From NCBI GenBank assembly GCA_965203295.1, contig CBDBCZ010000018.1, positions 1,632,001-1,696,000 of the forward strand: a DNA stretch of 64,000 nucleotides, given 5' to 3'. The notes beneath the pieces are model-generated. The model was not told the origin of the DNA. It ran no database searches and saw nothing but the letters and a program-made list of their open reading frames with translations. The position numbers and the translations under genes were made by a program. This DNA comes from Nitrospirales bacterium. Its GTDB lineage: Bacteria > Nitrospirota > Nitrospiria > Nitrospirales > UBA8639. Position 1 is the stretch's first letter, and every line of letters starts with the position of its first letter. Shown piece by piece: positions 48,201-63,200 of this stretch.

Positions 48201-51200
48201 TGATTCTCAGTTAATTCATTCATACAAGTCATGTATTTCTTGGTTATATCTATATAGGTCTTTTCTGTTTTCTATTTTCACTTGAAGCAGACGATCATGC
48301 AAAACATCCAGGAATAGCGAATGCAATACGTATAATTATCCATCTTGCCACTGTACTGATGTATTGACAGGTATAGATTATTTAATTATTAATTACCTTC
48401 TGTACATGGCTAACCATTCAGTTACAATAACTAGTACCTTGCATGTAGTACGTACCTGTACCTGTAACTGCCTCTTTAGATATGTACTTTGAACTTTTGA
48501 ATTATGAAAAGTCATTTTACGTAAATGATGAGAAATCCTGTATATATCTCTTCCCTGACATGACTTACATTTTAATTAACAGGCAAGTCATACGGAGCTA
48601 ATTGAGTTACACGAGAGAAAATGGCAATACAATCCCTACTCCCTACTTACAAGAACATGAACCCACTACATGTTTTAGAAGAGCAGCCAAACTAGCTAAA
48701 TGGATTCCAATATTCCAAAGAAGAGGTCTACTTTTAATTTTATAATTTGTTCTGCAGTAGATTCCTGTGGAAGGAGGGAGGGGGTAGGTGATCAGATACA
48801 GTAAACTTTAGAGCAGCTACTAATACTCTGAAGAAGAATGAGGCAAAATAGATACTCTGTCTTTCTTGTGTTGCAGTCCAGTTGATCCAGTACCCTATGT
48901 GAAAGCCTCTCATTAATCATCGTAAAATGCTAACCGTAGTACTTTGTGTCTTATTTTTGCTAGTGTCAATGTGATGCTATACTTAAACTGTAGTGGCTAC
49001 CATTACTGTATATACTAACTGAAACTGCACAGCAAATTGTGCAAAGGTGTGATATGGATTCGCCCTTAGAATTGTTTTTCAGAGCACCACAATGGGTTAG
49101 TTATGAATAGAGTATGTCATAAGATTACAAGTTCAGCAGCTTCCTGTGGGGTAGAGCTATACCTTCCATCTGTACAATCAAAATATCTCTACAGCAAAAG
49201 CTGTAGAAAGAACACACCTCCTGTGAATTGTTCTTAAGGATAAACCTATCGCCTCGGGTAAACCGTCTAGCGGAGTATATCTGCGTTTATACTCCTCGTA
49301 GACGTGGTATATCCGGCTTATACAACATTTGACCAATCAGTGGAATAGGTACCTAGAAACGCTGGGCTAGCATTCCCAGAGGCAGCAGTTATTTACGATG
49401 TCATAATACATGAAAACATAAAAGTAGTATAATAAAACATGAAAACATAAACGTGTCATATGATCCTTTATACTCCGCTTCTGCTCCAATCAAACACCTT
49501 GGATGTGATGTAATGTGGTATAAAGCACAAATATACTGGCATGATCTAGGTATAGCTTAGAGCTTGGGCGGCTATGTTCTAACTAGGCCGAGGCGAAGCC
49601 GAGGTCTAGTTAAAACATAAAGCTGCCCATGCTCTGAGCCATTTAGTATATGCACATCTTCAGCTTCTTATGCTCTATGGGATTCTTACTATACTCTATA
49701 AATTATTCCATACACTTGTTACTATAGAAACATGAACTAGTGAAAGCATTAGTCTACAATTCCAGGAAAAGGAAAACTGACTGTGTAAGTAATGAAAATT
49801 ATAGCTTATGATCTCGTGGGGTGATTCACACCATCATATGCCATATCATAGTCATGCCACCAGGACTGCATGAAATTTTTAGTGCACGAGTGTGCCAGGA
49901 ATTCTATACAGTCTGCAGGTAGCCCTAATTAAAATAATAATCTAATCATAATGAAGTTGTTGTAATATACGTATGACTAAAATTTCATGTAGTAGTAATG
50001 TCTGAAAACTTTGAGCTTGTAAAATATGTTATAGGTCTACTTGTATTTTGAAGAGGGCAAGTTGTAAAAGCACTCTTGATCTATGGTGGATACAAAGTAA
50101 TTGATTCAGGTATCAAGGTCGGCATACAAGCAGGCAAATTTGCTGCAACAGCTTGAATCACTCGAACTTGTCTGAACATAGTAGTCCATAGCCTTAGCAA
50201 TGCTGGTGTCGTCTTTGATGCTTTTGCTGTTCCATTCGATCGCTTAGTTCTAGTAAAAGCTGCATATGACATCCACAAGTATTTTTACAGGTGAGGAATC
50301 ACTACAAAGTGATCAGTTGGAGAGGCTGATCAAGGATTCTAATAAGGAAAACAAGAGCTTCAGTTGAAGTAAGCATTTAAATCTGCAGATAGTAATGTGA
50401 TTTTTATACATGTGCGTATACATCAAAGTTGTATCGATACTGTCATATGTATTTGATTCTACTTTTAATGTGTGAATACGTGTAAATATGCTACTATGGG
50501 TTGTTTACACTTAACTTAGTTGCATCATTTTATCAATGTTTTAATGAGCTTATTGAGTAATTTTGCTACTGGTACGTACGTTTGACTTCCTATTCAGAAA
50601 TCTCACACTAATAAAGTACTATACAGACAAATATTTCAATACTGTATAGAGGCACTGAATATTAATTGCTGTCCATTTTATCCCAGCACTATTGGCACAT
50701 TTGAAAATTATTATCCATCTTGCAACTGTATTTTAGGTAGTCTTGTTCTCAAGCCTTCAACTAGCTTCTTTTTTTTGCAGTCCATTTTTTTGCACTGCAA
50801 AGCTGAATGAAAGCCTGGGACTGAGGCTCCATTTTAGGGTCATTAATTAATGGGTGTTTAGCAGAACGAAATCCTGAGAGGCAAAAGTTGCCTTTCTACG
50901 AACAATTCCATAGTAATATGCTACATTAACACAAAGTGTACATGGTATGCTTTTAGTAAGATTAGTGAACTGTGAAAAGTAAAGGCAAATACTGTATAAG
51001 AGGTTTGCACATGTAATATGCTTCAGGTTATATATTCTGTGGATACTTATGGGCATGGCTTGTGGTTTAAGTAAAAGGAACTTGGGTTAGGGATAGGATG
51101 TGGAGAGGTATTAAGAATATGTATTACATCACACAGAGTGCTGTATTATACTAGAGGGGGGGAATTCAAACCATTTAGTATATAGGACAGGGAGTAGCAC

Positions 51201-54200
51201 AGGGTTGTATTACATACGTATGTCGCCTATCCTTTTTTTCCAATGAGTTGTTAGTAGGGGTTGAGGACAGGGAGTAGCACAGGGTTGTATTACATACGTA
51301 TGTCGCCTATCCTTTTTTTCCAATGAGTTGTTAGTAGGGGTTGAGAAGGCTGGGATTGGCATTATTATTAAGAAAGATGTTAAGGTTGGCAGTCTAATCT
51401 TTGTTGATATGATTAGACTGCCAACCTTAACATCTTTTCTAATAATAATGCCAATCCCAGCCTTATCAACCCCAACTAACAACTATGGACTTACAAAAGT
51501 TGTTTAGTGTAGTACAGGAGTTTTGTAATAAATGGAGGTTGAATATCTAACGTAAGAAAAGAGTGCTGTTATGGTATTTCCTAAAGAGGTTAATACAGGT
51601 GCATGTACATGGAGGTGGGTGATAAAGACATTCCAGAGGTTGTAAGTTACTGTTACTTAAGCACTGATAATAGTTTATGGGATAATCATGTGCAGAAGGC
51701 AATTAATAGTGGAGAGAAAAACTTAATCAATTACATAGGTTTTTAGGTAATAGGATTATCAGTACAGTTGCAGGAAGGATAATTATTGTTAGTTTCAATA
51801 CTTCACCCTACTTTAGAATAATTATGGTAGTGAGGTGTGTGCTTGTAATAAACGATAAACAGCTTTCTTAGAATTTATACAGCTAAGAGCAGCTAGAAAA
51901 ATACTTGGCTGCTCTTCCAAAATGTGTAATGAAGCAGAAAGGGGGGATATGGGGTTAAAATCTTTAAATGCAGGAGGGATAGGTCAATAATTTAGATGAT
52001 GAGAGATATGTATAGGTTATACGACGAGGGGGAGGTAGTTACTCGATTTATTCACCGAGTGCCGAAGGCACGAGGTGTATAAATCGCGTAACTACCAACC
52101 CCGAGGCGTATAACCGACTTGTACCATGGGCATAGCAACACTGTTCCGTAGCAACGCACTGCGTTACTATAAAAGTGTCAGTAGCTACGAAGCTTAGCGA
52201 CAGTGGATTCTGCTGCAAATGTATACCGACAACTGCGGTTTGCCTACTGCCTTCAACCAGTTCCGCCGTTCTCGCTATTCTCAGTGAGTACCAGCATCAA
52301 CTTCGTCCTATAACGGTTGTACCTAGCTATCGTTTCAACGAGAAGATACTCACCCGTGACCAACGGCGCTCCAGCGCTGCTTAGTCTCGTAGCGTTGCTA
52401 GTGTTGTACTCGTCTTAGCTCCGCCCTACGCTCCACCTACCGAATTGTTCGTTCGGACCCCACTCTTACGTCATTTGTGCATAAGTATTATGTGTCGTAC
52501 TCTTGATTGTAAGTCATGCACGCTTGCTGCCTCATTTATGTCTGCATTATCATTATAATAATATGACTTCCACATTATACTGCTGGTCTATATTAAACAA
52601 CATGAAAATAGCAGCCTTAAGTCATACCCTCAGGGCCAGGTGAATAAGAACCCAGACAGGTGAATAAGTGATTTATTGACCTGTGAGCAGTGAATGTGAT
52701 TGGTCTGTTTAAACAACCATGGTACAACCTAGATTACTAGACAGTGAGTGAGAAGTAAAACCATATAGAGAGAGGTAGGGATAGGAAGACCTGGGGTTAA
52801 TTAGAAAGAGCTGCTACTATGCTCTGAGGTAAAAAAGTGTTATATGTCGCAGTGATAGTTAGAGTGCAATGCCCTGTATGACTACTTATAACATTATCAC
52901 CAATCTCGTGGTTGTTTTGCACTAGACTAGCCCATTACTTCTGAGCCAATGAAACTACAACACTTTCTGAGATAATATGTTTTGCCCCCCCCCCCCCTTG
53001 AGTTGCAGTCCAAATAATCCAGTACCCTATGTGAAAGCCTCTCATTAAACGTCGTAAAGTGCTAACTGTAGTGCTTTGGTGTCTATAATTATAGCTTATT
53101 TGAGTCAACTGCACTCCCAAGTGTACAGGTTATGGGTGAGCAGAGACATGAGTGAGCATAGAATATGATATGGATGAGTAGAGGAATAAGTGTATATTAA
53201 TTGTTATGTACAACCTCAGGACAATGCAAACCTTGTGAATGTGCTGTAGTCTTTGGCTGTAGTGTGTCTCCTCTGAGCTATACATTCCTACGAACACACT
53301 TTACATGACCCTGTAGCTACTTGCTAGTGTCCATGTGTATACTAATTGAAACTGCACAGCAAATGGTGCAAATGTGTGATATGGATTAACTCAGAACACC
53401 ACAATGTGCTCTTGGTTGAACAGTTTTCAAAATAACTTTTCAAAAAAACTTTCGAAGAATCCATGCTGGTATGTGGGAACGGAATTGGAGCAGCAACATC
53501 AGCTGATGGAGAGAGAAGCTCCTATTCTTGTGTGGTAGCTGCCCCAACTACATTAATTAAATGATGCAGCATATTCGTGAGTCCCCCTACATGAGGTTAT
53601 AGGCAACACCTCTTTAATTGTGGAGTAGCTGACAATCAGAGAACATTATTGAATGGTGGTGGTTGTGCACTTTCAATTTTCAAGAGTTCAGCTAGTCCGG
53701 CTACAGTAACCTGAAGTGCAAACAACAATTCAGAAGGAAGCAGAAAGGTCCAAACACAGTCAAGAAGATCACAATTTACAGTGAATTATTAAACCGGCGG
53801 GAAAAGCCGCAACTTCAACAGATGGTTATTAACTTTTTCTCAGCATTGTTGTATGAATTTGCTTGTCAGTTCTGTAGTTGTATTGATTACAATTAGCTTC
53901 TCATTAGGCTCTGTAATCTACTAGCTGTCTGTTATGTCACTATGATTTTTCAACTAAGTCCTGAGCTAAAACCATTTTCCAAGGAAGTACAAACTATGGT
54001 TTGAAAATTTGACAGTGATAAATCCACACAACTTATACTACTTTTCTATATTAGCTTACTTGCTCTATTTGTATAGCACAAATATACTGGCATGAACTAG
54101 TGAAAGCATTAGTATACCATTCCAGGAAAAGGAAAACTGACAGTGTAAGTAATGAAAATTATTGCTTATGATCTCATGTGGGATGACTCACACCATATGC

Positions 54201-57200
54201 CAAATCATAGTCACACCACCAGGACTACATGAAATTTTAAGTGCACGAGTGTGCCAGGAATTCTATACAGTCTGCAGGTAGCCCTAATTAAAATAATAAT
54301 CTAATCATAATGAAGTTGTTGTATGACTAAAATTTCATGTAGTAGTAATGTCTGAAAACTGTGAGTTTGTAAAATATGTTATAGGTCAACTTGTATTTTG
54401 AAGAGGGCAAGTTGTAAAAGCACTCTTGATCTATGGTGGATACAAAGTAATTGATTCAGGTATCAAGGTCGGCATACAAGCAGGCAAATTTGCTGCAACA
54501 GCTTGAATCACTCCAACTTGTCTGAACATAGTAGTCCATAGCCTTAGCAATGCTGGTGTCGTCTTTGATGCTTTTGCTGTTCCATTCGATCGCTTAGTTC
54601 TAGTAAAAGCTGCATATGACATCCACAAGTATTTGTACGGGTGGGGAATCACTACAAAGTGATCAGTTGGAGAGGCTGATCAAGGATTCTAATAAGGAAA
54701 ACAAGAGCTTCAGTTGAGTAAGCATTTAAATCTGCAGATAGTGATGTGATTTTTATACATGTGCGTATGCATCAAAGTTGTATCGATACTGTCGTATGTA
54801 TTTGATTCTACTTTTAATGTGTGAATACGTGTAAATATGCTACTATGGGTTGTTTACACTTAACTTAGTTGCATCATTTTATCAATGTTTTAATGAGCTT
54901 ATTGAGTAATTTTGCTACTGGTACGTACGTTTGACTTCCTATTCAGAAATCTCACACTAATAAAGTACTATGCAGACAAATATTTCAATACTGTATAGAG
55001 GCACTGAATATTAATTGCTGTCCATTTTATCCCAGCACTATTGGCACATTTGAAAATTATTATCCATCTTGCCACTGTATTTTAGGTAATCTCGTTCCCA
55101 AGCCTTCTATTAGCTTCTTTTTTTTTGCAGTCCATTTTTTTGCACTGCAAAGCTGAATGAAAGCCTGGGACTGAGGCTCCATTTTAGGGTCATTAATTAA
55201 TGGGTGTTTAGTAGAACTAAATCCTGAGAGGCAAGTTGCCTTTCTACGAACAATTCCATAGTAATATGCTACATTAACACAAAGTGTACATGGTATGCTT
55301 TTAGTAAGATTAGTGAACAGTGAAAAGTAAAGGCAAATACTGTATAAGAGGTTTGCGCATGTAATATGCTTCAGGTTATATATTCTGTGGATACTTATGG
55401 GCAAGGCTTGTGGTTTAAATAAAAGGAACTTGGGTTAGGGATAGGATGTGGAGAGTTATTAAGAATATGTATTACATCACACAGAGTGCTGTTTTATACT
55501 AGAGGGGGGAAATTCAAACCATTTAGTATATAGGACAGGGAGTAGCACAGGGTTGTATTACATACGTATGTCGCCTATCCTTTTTTTCCAATGAGTTGTT
55601 AGTAGGGGTTGAGGACAGGGAGTAGCACAGGGTTGTATTACATACGTATGTCGCCTATCCTTTTTTTCCAATGAGTTGTTAGTAGGGGTTGAGAAGGCTG
55701 GGATTGGCATTATTATTAAGAAAGATGTTAAGGTTGGCAGTCTAATCTTTGTTGATATGATTAGACTGCCAACCTTAACATCTTTTCTAATAATAATGCC
55801 AATCCCAGCCTTCTCAACCCCAACTAACAGCTATGGACTTACAAAAGTTGTTTAGTGTAGTACAGGAGTTTTGTAATAAATGGAGGTTGAAAATCTAACG
55901 TAAGAAAAGAGTGCTGTTATGGTATTTTCTAAAGAGGTTAATACAGGTGCATGTACATGGAAGTGGGTGATAAAGACATTCCAGAGGTTGTAAGTTACTG
56001 TTACTTAAGCACAGATAATAGTTCATGGGATAATCATGTGCAGAAGGCAATTAATAGTGGAGAGAAAAACTTAATCAATTACATAGGTTTTTAGGTAATA
56101 GGATTATCAGTACAGTTGCAGGAAGGATAATTATTGTTAGTTTCAATACTTCACCCTACTTTAGAATAATTATGGTAGTGAGGTGTGTGCTTGTAATAAA
56201 CGATAAACAGCTTTCTTAGAATTTATACAGCTAAGAGCAGCTAGAAAAATACTTGGCTGCTCTTCCAAAATGTGTAATGAAGCAGAAAGGGGGGATATGG
56301 GGTTAAAATCTTTAAATGCAGGAGTGATAGGTCAATAATTTAGATGACGAGAGATATCCTAGATTACTAGACAGTGATTGAGAAGTAAAACCATATAGAG
56401 AGAGGTAGGGATAGGAAGACCTGGGGTTAATTAGAAAGAGCTGCTACTATGCTCTGAGGTAAAAAAGTGTTATATGTCGCAGTGATAGTGAGAGTGCAAT
56501 GCCCTGTATGACTACTTATAACATTATCACCAATCTCGTGGTTGTTTTGCACTAGACTAGCCCATTACTTCTGAGCCAATGAAACTACAACACTTTCTGA
56601 GATAATATGTTTTGCCCCCCCCCCCCCCCCTTGAGTTGCAGTCCAAATAATCCAGTACCCTATGTGAAAGCCTCTCATTAAACGTCGTAAAGTGCTAACT
56701 GTAGTGCTTTGGTGTCTATAATTATAGCTTATTTGAGTCAACTGCACTCCCAAGTGTACAGGTTATGGGTGAGCAGAGACGTGAGTGAGCATAGAATATG
56801 ATATGGATGAGTAGAGGAATAAGTGTATATTAATTGTTATGTACAACCTCAGGACAATGCAAACCTTGTGAATGTGCTGTAGTCTTTGGCTGTAGTGTGT
56901 CTCCTCTGAGCTATACATTCCTACGAACACACTTTACATGACCCTGTAGCTACTTGCTAGTGTCCATGTGTATACTAATTGAAACTGCACAGCAAATGGT
57001 GCAAATGTGTGATATGGATTAACTCAGAACACCACAATGTGCTCTTGGTTGAACAGTTTTCAAAATAACTTTTCAAAAAACTTTCGAAGAATCCATGCTG
57101 GTATGTGGGAACGGAATTGGAGCAGCAACATCAGCTGATGGAGAGAGAAGCTCCTATTCTTGTGTGGTAGCTGCCCCAACTACATTAATTAAATGATGCA

Positions 57201-60200
57201 GCATATTTGTGAGTCCCCCTACATGAGGTTATAGGCAACACCTCTTTAATTGTGGAGTAGCTGACAATCAGAGAACATTATTGAATGGTGGTGGTTGTGC
57301 ACTTTCAATTTTCAAGAGTTCAGCTAGTCCGGCTACAGTAACCTGAAGTGCAAACAACAATTCAGAAGGAAGCAGAAAGGTCCAAACACAGTCAAGAAGA
57401 TCACAATTTACAGTGAATTATTGAACCGGCGGGAAAAGCCGCAACTTCAACAGACGGTTATTAACTCTTTCTCAGCATTGTAGTATGAATTTGCTTTTGT
57501 GTCAGTTCTGTAGTTGTATTGATTACAATTAGCTTCTCTTTAGGCTCTGTAATCTACTAGCTGTCTGTTATGTCACTATAATTTTTCAACTAAGTCCTGA
57601 GCTAAAACCATTTTCCAAGGAAGTACAAACTACGGTTTGAAAATTTGACCGTGATAAACCCACACAACTTATACTACTTTTCTATATTCGCTTACTTGCT
57701 CTATTTGTATAGCACAAATATACTGGTGTGAACAAGTGAAAGCATTAGTCTACCATTCCAGGAAAAGGAAAACTGACAGTGTAAGTAATGTAAATTATTG
57801 CTTATGATCTCATGTGGGATGACTCACACCATATGCCAAATCATAGTCACGCCACCGGGACTGCATGAAATTTTTAGTGCACGAGTGTGCCAGAAATTCT
57901 ATACAGTCTGCAGGTAGCCCTAATTAAAATAATAATCTAATCATAATGAAGTTGTTGTAATATAATAGAATAATTATGGTAGTGAGGTGTGTGCATGTAA
58001 TAAACGATAAACAGCTTTCTTAGAATTTATTCAGCTAAGAGCAGCTAAAAAATACTTGGCTGCTCTTCCAAAATGTGTAATGAAGCAGAAAGGGGGGATA
58101 TGGGGTTAAAATCTTTAAATGCAGGAGTGCTAGGTCAATAATTTAGATGATGAGAGATATCCTAGATTACTAGACAGTGAGTGAGAAGTAAAACCATATA
58201 GAGAGAGGTAGGGATAGGAAGACCTGGGGTTAATTAGAAAGAGCTACTACTATGCTCTGAGGTAAAAAAGTGTTATATGTCGCAGTGATAGTGAGAGTGC
58301 AATGCCCTGTATGACTACTTATAACATTATCACCAATCTCGTGGTTGTTTTGCACTAGACTAGCCCATTACTTCTGAGCCAATGAAGCTACAACACTTTC
58401 TGAGATAATATGTTTTGCCCCCCCCCCCCCCCTTGAGTTGCAGTCCAAATAATCCAGTACCCTATGTGAAAGCCTCTCATTAAACGTCGTAAAGTGCTAA
58501 CTGTAGTGCTTTGGTGTCTATAATTATAGCTTATTTGAGTCAACTGCACTCCCAAGTGTACAGGTTATGGGTGAGCAGAGACGTGAGTGAGCATAGAATA
58601 TGATATGGATGAGTAGAGGAATAAGTGTATATTAATTGTTATGTACAACCTCAGGACAATGCAAACCTTGTGAATGTGCTGTAGTCTTTGGCTGTAGTGT
58701 GTCTCCTCTGAGCTATACATTCCTACGAACACACTTTACATGACCCTGTAGCTACTTGCTAGTGTCCATGTGTATACTAATTGAAACTGCACAGCAAATG
58801 GTGCAAATGTGTGATATGGATTAACTCAGAACACCACAATGTGCTCTTGGTTGAACAGTTTTCAAAATAACTTTTCAAAAAAACTTTCAAAGAATCCATG
58901 CTGGTATGTGGGAACAGAATTGGAGCAGCAACATCAGCTGATGGAGAGAGAAGCTCCTATTCTTGTGTGGTAGCTGCCCCAACTACATTAATTAAATGAT
59001 GCAGCATATTCGTGAGTCCCGAGGTTATAGGCAACACCTCTTTAATTGTGGAGTAGCTGACAATCAGAGAACATTATTGAATGGTGGTGGTTGTGCACTT
59101 TCAATTTTCAAGAGTTCAGCTAGTCCGGCTACAGTAACCTGAAGTGCAAACAACAATTCAGAAGGAAGCAGAAAGGTCCAAACACAGTCAAGAAGATCAC
59201 AATTTACAGTGAATTATTAAACCGGCGGAAAAAGCCGCAACTTCAACAGATGGTTATTAACTTTTTCTCAGCATTGTTGTATGAATTTGCTTGTCAGTTC
59301 TGTAGTTGTATTGATTACAATTAGCTTCTCATTAGGCTCTGTAATCTACTAGCTGTCTGTTATGTCACTATGATTTTTCAACTAAGTCCTGAGCTAAAAC
59401 CATTTTCCAAGGAAGTACAAACTATGGTTTGAAAATTTGACCGTGATAAATCCACACAACTTATACTACTTTTCTATATTAGCTTACTTGCTCTATTTGT
59501 ATAGCACAAATATACTGGCATGAACTAGTGAAAGCATTAGTCTACCATTCCAGGAAAAGGAAAACTGACAGTGTATGTAATGAAAATTATTGCTTATGAT
59601 CTCATGTGGGATGACTCACACCATATGCCAAATCATAGTCACGCCACCAGGACTGCATGAAATTTGAAGTGCACGAGTGTGCCAGGAATTCTATACAGTC
59701 TGCAGGTAGCCCTAATTAAAATAATAATCTAATCATAATAATGTTGTTGTAATATACGTATGACTAAAATTTCATGTAGTAGTAATGTCTGAAAACTTTG
59801 AGCTTGTAAAATATGTTATAGGTCTACTTGTATTTTGAAGAGGGCAAGTTGTAAAAGCACTCTTGATCTATGGTGGATACGAAATAATTGATTCAGGTAT
59901 CAAGGTCGGCATACAACCAATTCTGTTCCCACATACCAGCATGGATTCTTTGAAAGTAGTAATGTCTGAAAACTTTGAGCTTGTAAAATATGTTATAGGT
60001 CTACTTGTATTTTGAAGAGGGCAAGTTGTAAAAGCACTCTTGATCTATGGTGGATACGAAATAATTTATTCAGGTATCAAGGTCGGCATACAAGCAGGCA
60101 AATTTGCTGCAACAGCTTGAATCACTCCAACTTGTCTGAACATAGTAGTCCATAGCCTTAGCAATGCTGGTGTCGTCTTTGATGCTTTTGCTGTTCCATT

Positions 60201-63200
60201 CGATCGCTTAGTTCTAGTAAAAGGTGCATATGACATCCACAAGTATTTGTACAGGTGGGGAATCACTACAAAGTGATCAGTTGGAGAGGCTGATCAAGGA
60301 TTCTAATAAGGAAAACAAGAGCTTCAGTTGAAGTAAGCATTTAAATCTGCAGATAGTGATGTGATTTTTATACATGTGCGTATACATCAAAGTTGTATCG
60401 ATACTGTCGTATGTATTTAATTCTACTTTTAATGTGTGAATATGTCTATTATGGGTTGTTTACACTTAACTTATAGTTCCATCATTTTATCAATGTTTTA
60501 ATCAGTTGGAGAGGAATTTTAATGAAATCAAGAGCTTCAGTTGAAGTAAGCATTTGAATCTGCAGATAGTGATGTGAGAATTGGGACAGGTAAGATTTTA
60601 AGGCTTTATTAAAACAAGTTATAAGAGTTTGTAGTGTTAATCTGAAATACTAGGAAGAATAAAGTACGTATACGGTAATCAAGACGTGGTTGCTCTTGCT
60701 CTTGTCCGTTGATTGGAGATCTTGGATCTTGGATGATTGGAGCCCCGCCTGCATATGTGGGTGCATGCATGGTCAGTGGCGTAAGCGCTATGGCAGTATA
60801 TGTAATATATAAACCAGGAGGTGTATATCAGTGATATATCACCTGCTGTGGAGGAGGTTTTTGGGAATATATCGCTCGGGCCGCAGGCCCGAGGGGTATA
60901 TTTCCAGAAACCTCCGAACACCAGCAGGTGGTATAGCAATAATATTCACCGATTGGACATCATATAGCTTTTGGACATATAGCTTTTCCGCTTGCAGAAA
61001 GAGAATGCATAACTGAAACAGTACTTGTGATAGAAGGTCAACTGTGACAATACTGCAACAGTGGGATGAAACCAAACAGGTGCTGTGCCTCACAAAATGT
61101 ACTAACTTAACACTCTTATTCTTCTCTCACTCAGGTTCACCCACATTGGCCTAGTGGTAAGGGATTTCCTTATACTATATACCGGTATACGTAAGTCTCA
61201 AATCATTGTTGTGGGTGTAGTCTAAACAATGCAAATTATGGCTGAGAAAGGTGCAAAAGTATACAGCAATAAGTTAATACGCGCAGATGCGATCAATAAT
61301 CATATCCAGTTCTGATCGATCGAAACCAGGAAAACATGTAGTACAGTGAACCCCTCTATTGTGGAAACCTTGAGGAACTGGTTAAATGTCCTGTATAGAG
61401 AGGGGTCCTCACTTCAGGGGTAAATTTACATTAAGAAAGCATATTTGGGACATAGCAAAGTGTCCTTAATACAGAGGTGGCTATAATTCAGGGGTGTCCT
61501 TTAGGAGGGGTTCCACTGTATGTGCACATATATCCTCCGCGGATGCAGTTTTACCTGGGGCACAGCCAAGGGGTAAAACCGAGGATATTTTGGGTGCATA
61601 CCCTCTGAGGGGGTGTGGTCTATCTGACTTATCCCACTACTGCGCATATGCGTAATTATCGTTAAGTAGCTGGAACTAAGGACGTACAGAAGTGTAGGAT
61701 ATGCGCCTATATATCCTTCTGCTCTCGTTCTATAAAACACTAGAGATGAGATAAATGCTTTCTGAAATTTTAAGACAAACACAGATTGATAATTTTGCCA
61801 CTGTACAAGTCATCACACTTGGTGGCTTTGTTGTGACAGTGCTTTGTACCGCAATAGAAAATTGTGTTGGAGAATCCCTGAAAGAAGCTGTGAAATAACT
61901 GGTATTGTAACAGTGCACGACCTCCTGTGACTTCTGGCACAAATGGCAGAAGTGGTCCCAAGAACTGCCATGCTTGGGATGGTGTTTTCACCCACCAGTT
62001 CTTTGAGGCTGACCTATCTAAACTTTTACAGGCTCTTAAAAATTGAAAATAATCTACCGAGGTGCTTTTTGATATAGTCCTATTAGCTAGTGAGAAAAGG
62101 CAGTGTAGAGGCAGAAAAATCATAAATGGTAAAAGTAACTAGCTATGAGCTTCTTCAACAAGAAATTGTCCTTTTGCCTATGCTATACCATAGGACCAGC
62201 TTTAATTGCGATAATCTGTTTAATAAGCTACAAAAAAATAAAAACGCAATCATGAGTACGCACGCGAATTTATGCACACGCAAAGCACAATTATAAAATG
62301 TGCAATTATAACCAGTCCTACACTACCTTAACAGGAAAAGCCCACTGAACTAATAGGTGGGTGAGTAATTAATTAGGCTTTGAAGTTTCACTTTTGAAGG
62401 ACGTTGTCACTTTTTCAGTCAAACCAAGTAGTGGTTTAACTGGTTTTGGTTAATACAGCTGCAGGCTCAGACAGACTCAGACTAACAGTGGGTATGCATG
62501 CAAGACAAGTAGTTCGGCAGTCATATGTGTGTAACTACCATAGAGCTATCTTTGACTGCTACTGGTACCGTTGAACTGCCAACACAGCATATGAATATAC
62601 ATGCACTAAAATAAATTACTCACCTATCCTTGGTAAATAGAGCAGTTTCCTTCGTCTAGTTTCTCTGTTACTACATCCTCCTGGCCCAAGATCAGTAGTC
62701 CAGTACACTGGCTGAGCAGCAGTGTGATGTCATCACCGCGTACCCCTGTGACGGAAATAACTAGTTTAAGTACATTCAAGTACATTTGGGAGGAGTTACA
62801 AAAGTAACAGATCATTTTAAAGGTACGTATCTGCACACTACTTGTTTGGTACAACAACAGCTACACTCAGGAGGATTGGATGTACAGATTTGATAGTACT
62901 CCAAAGATGACCAGTATGCCACTACAAAAAAAACACAGCTGGCTAAAAGACACATACTCAACCAGCACTAATAATAGTTTCGTAGTGGAGCTTCTGAGTG
63001 GAGAGGCAAGCTTTATTAACTCTTTACCAACCAATGACGCATATATGCATCATGAGCTCCCATAAGCCCATATGAATTATATGGGGGTTTAATACTAGCC
63101 GTTAATACTTTGTAAAGGCTTTATTGCTTATTTAAGCTGTTTCTTATGGTTGGTAAAGGGTTAATTAATGCCAGTAGATGATGGTAGGCCCACCTGTACG

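Noticed and set aside
51210..51482. 90-aa ORF unique to macro-unit copy 2
   Set aside because: It reads through the LINE fold-back palindrome and the 80-bp duplication.
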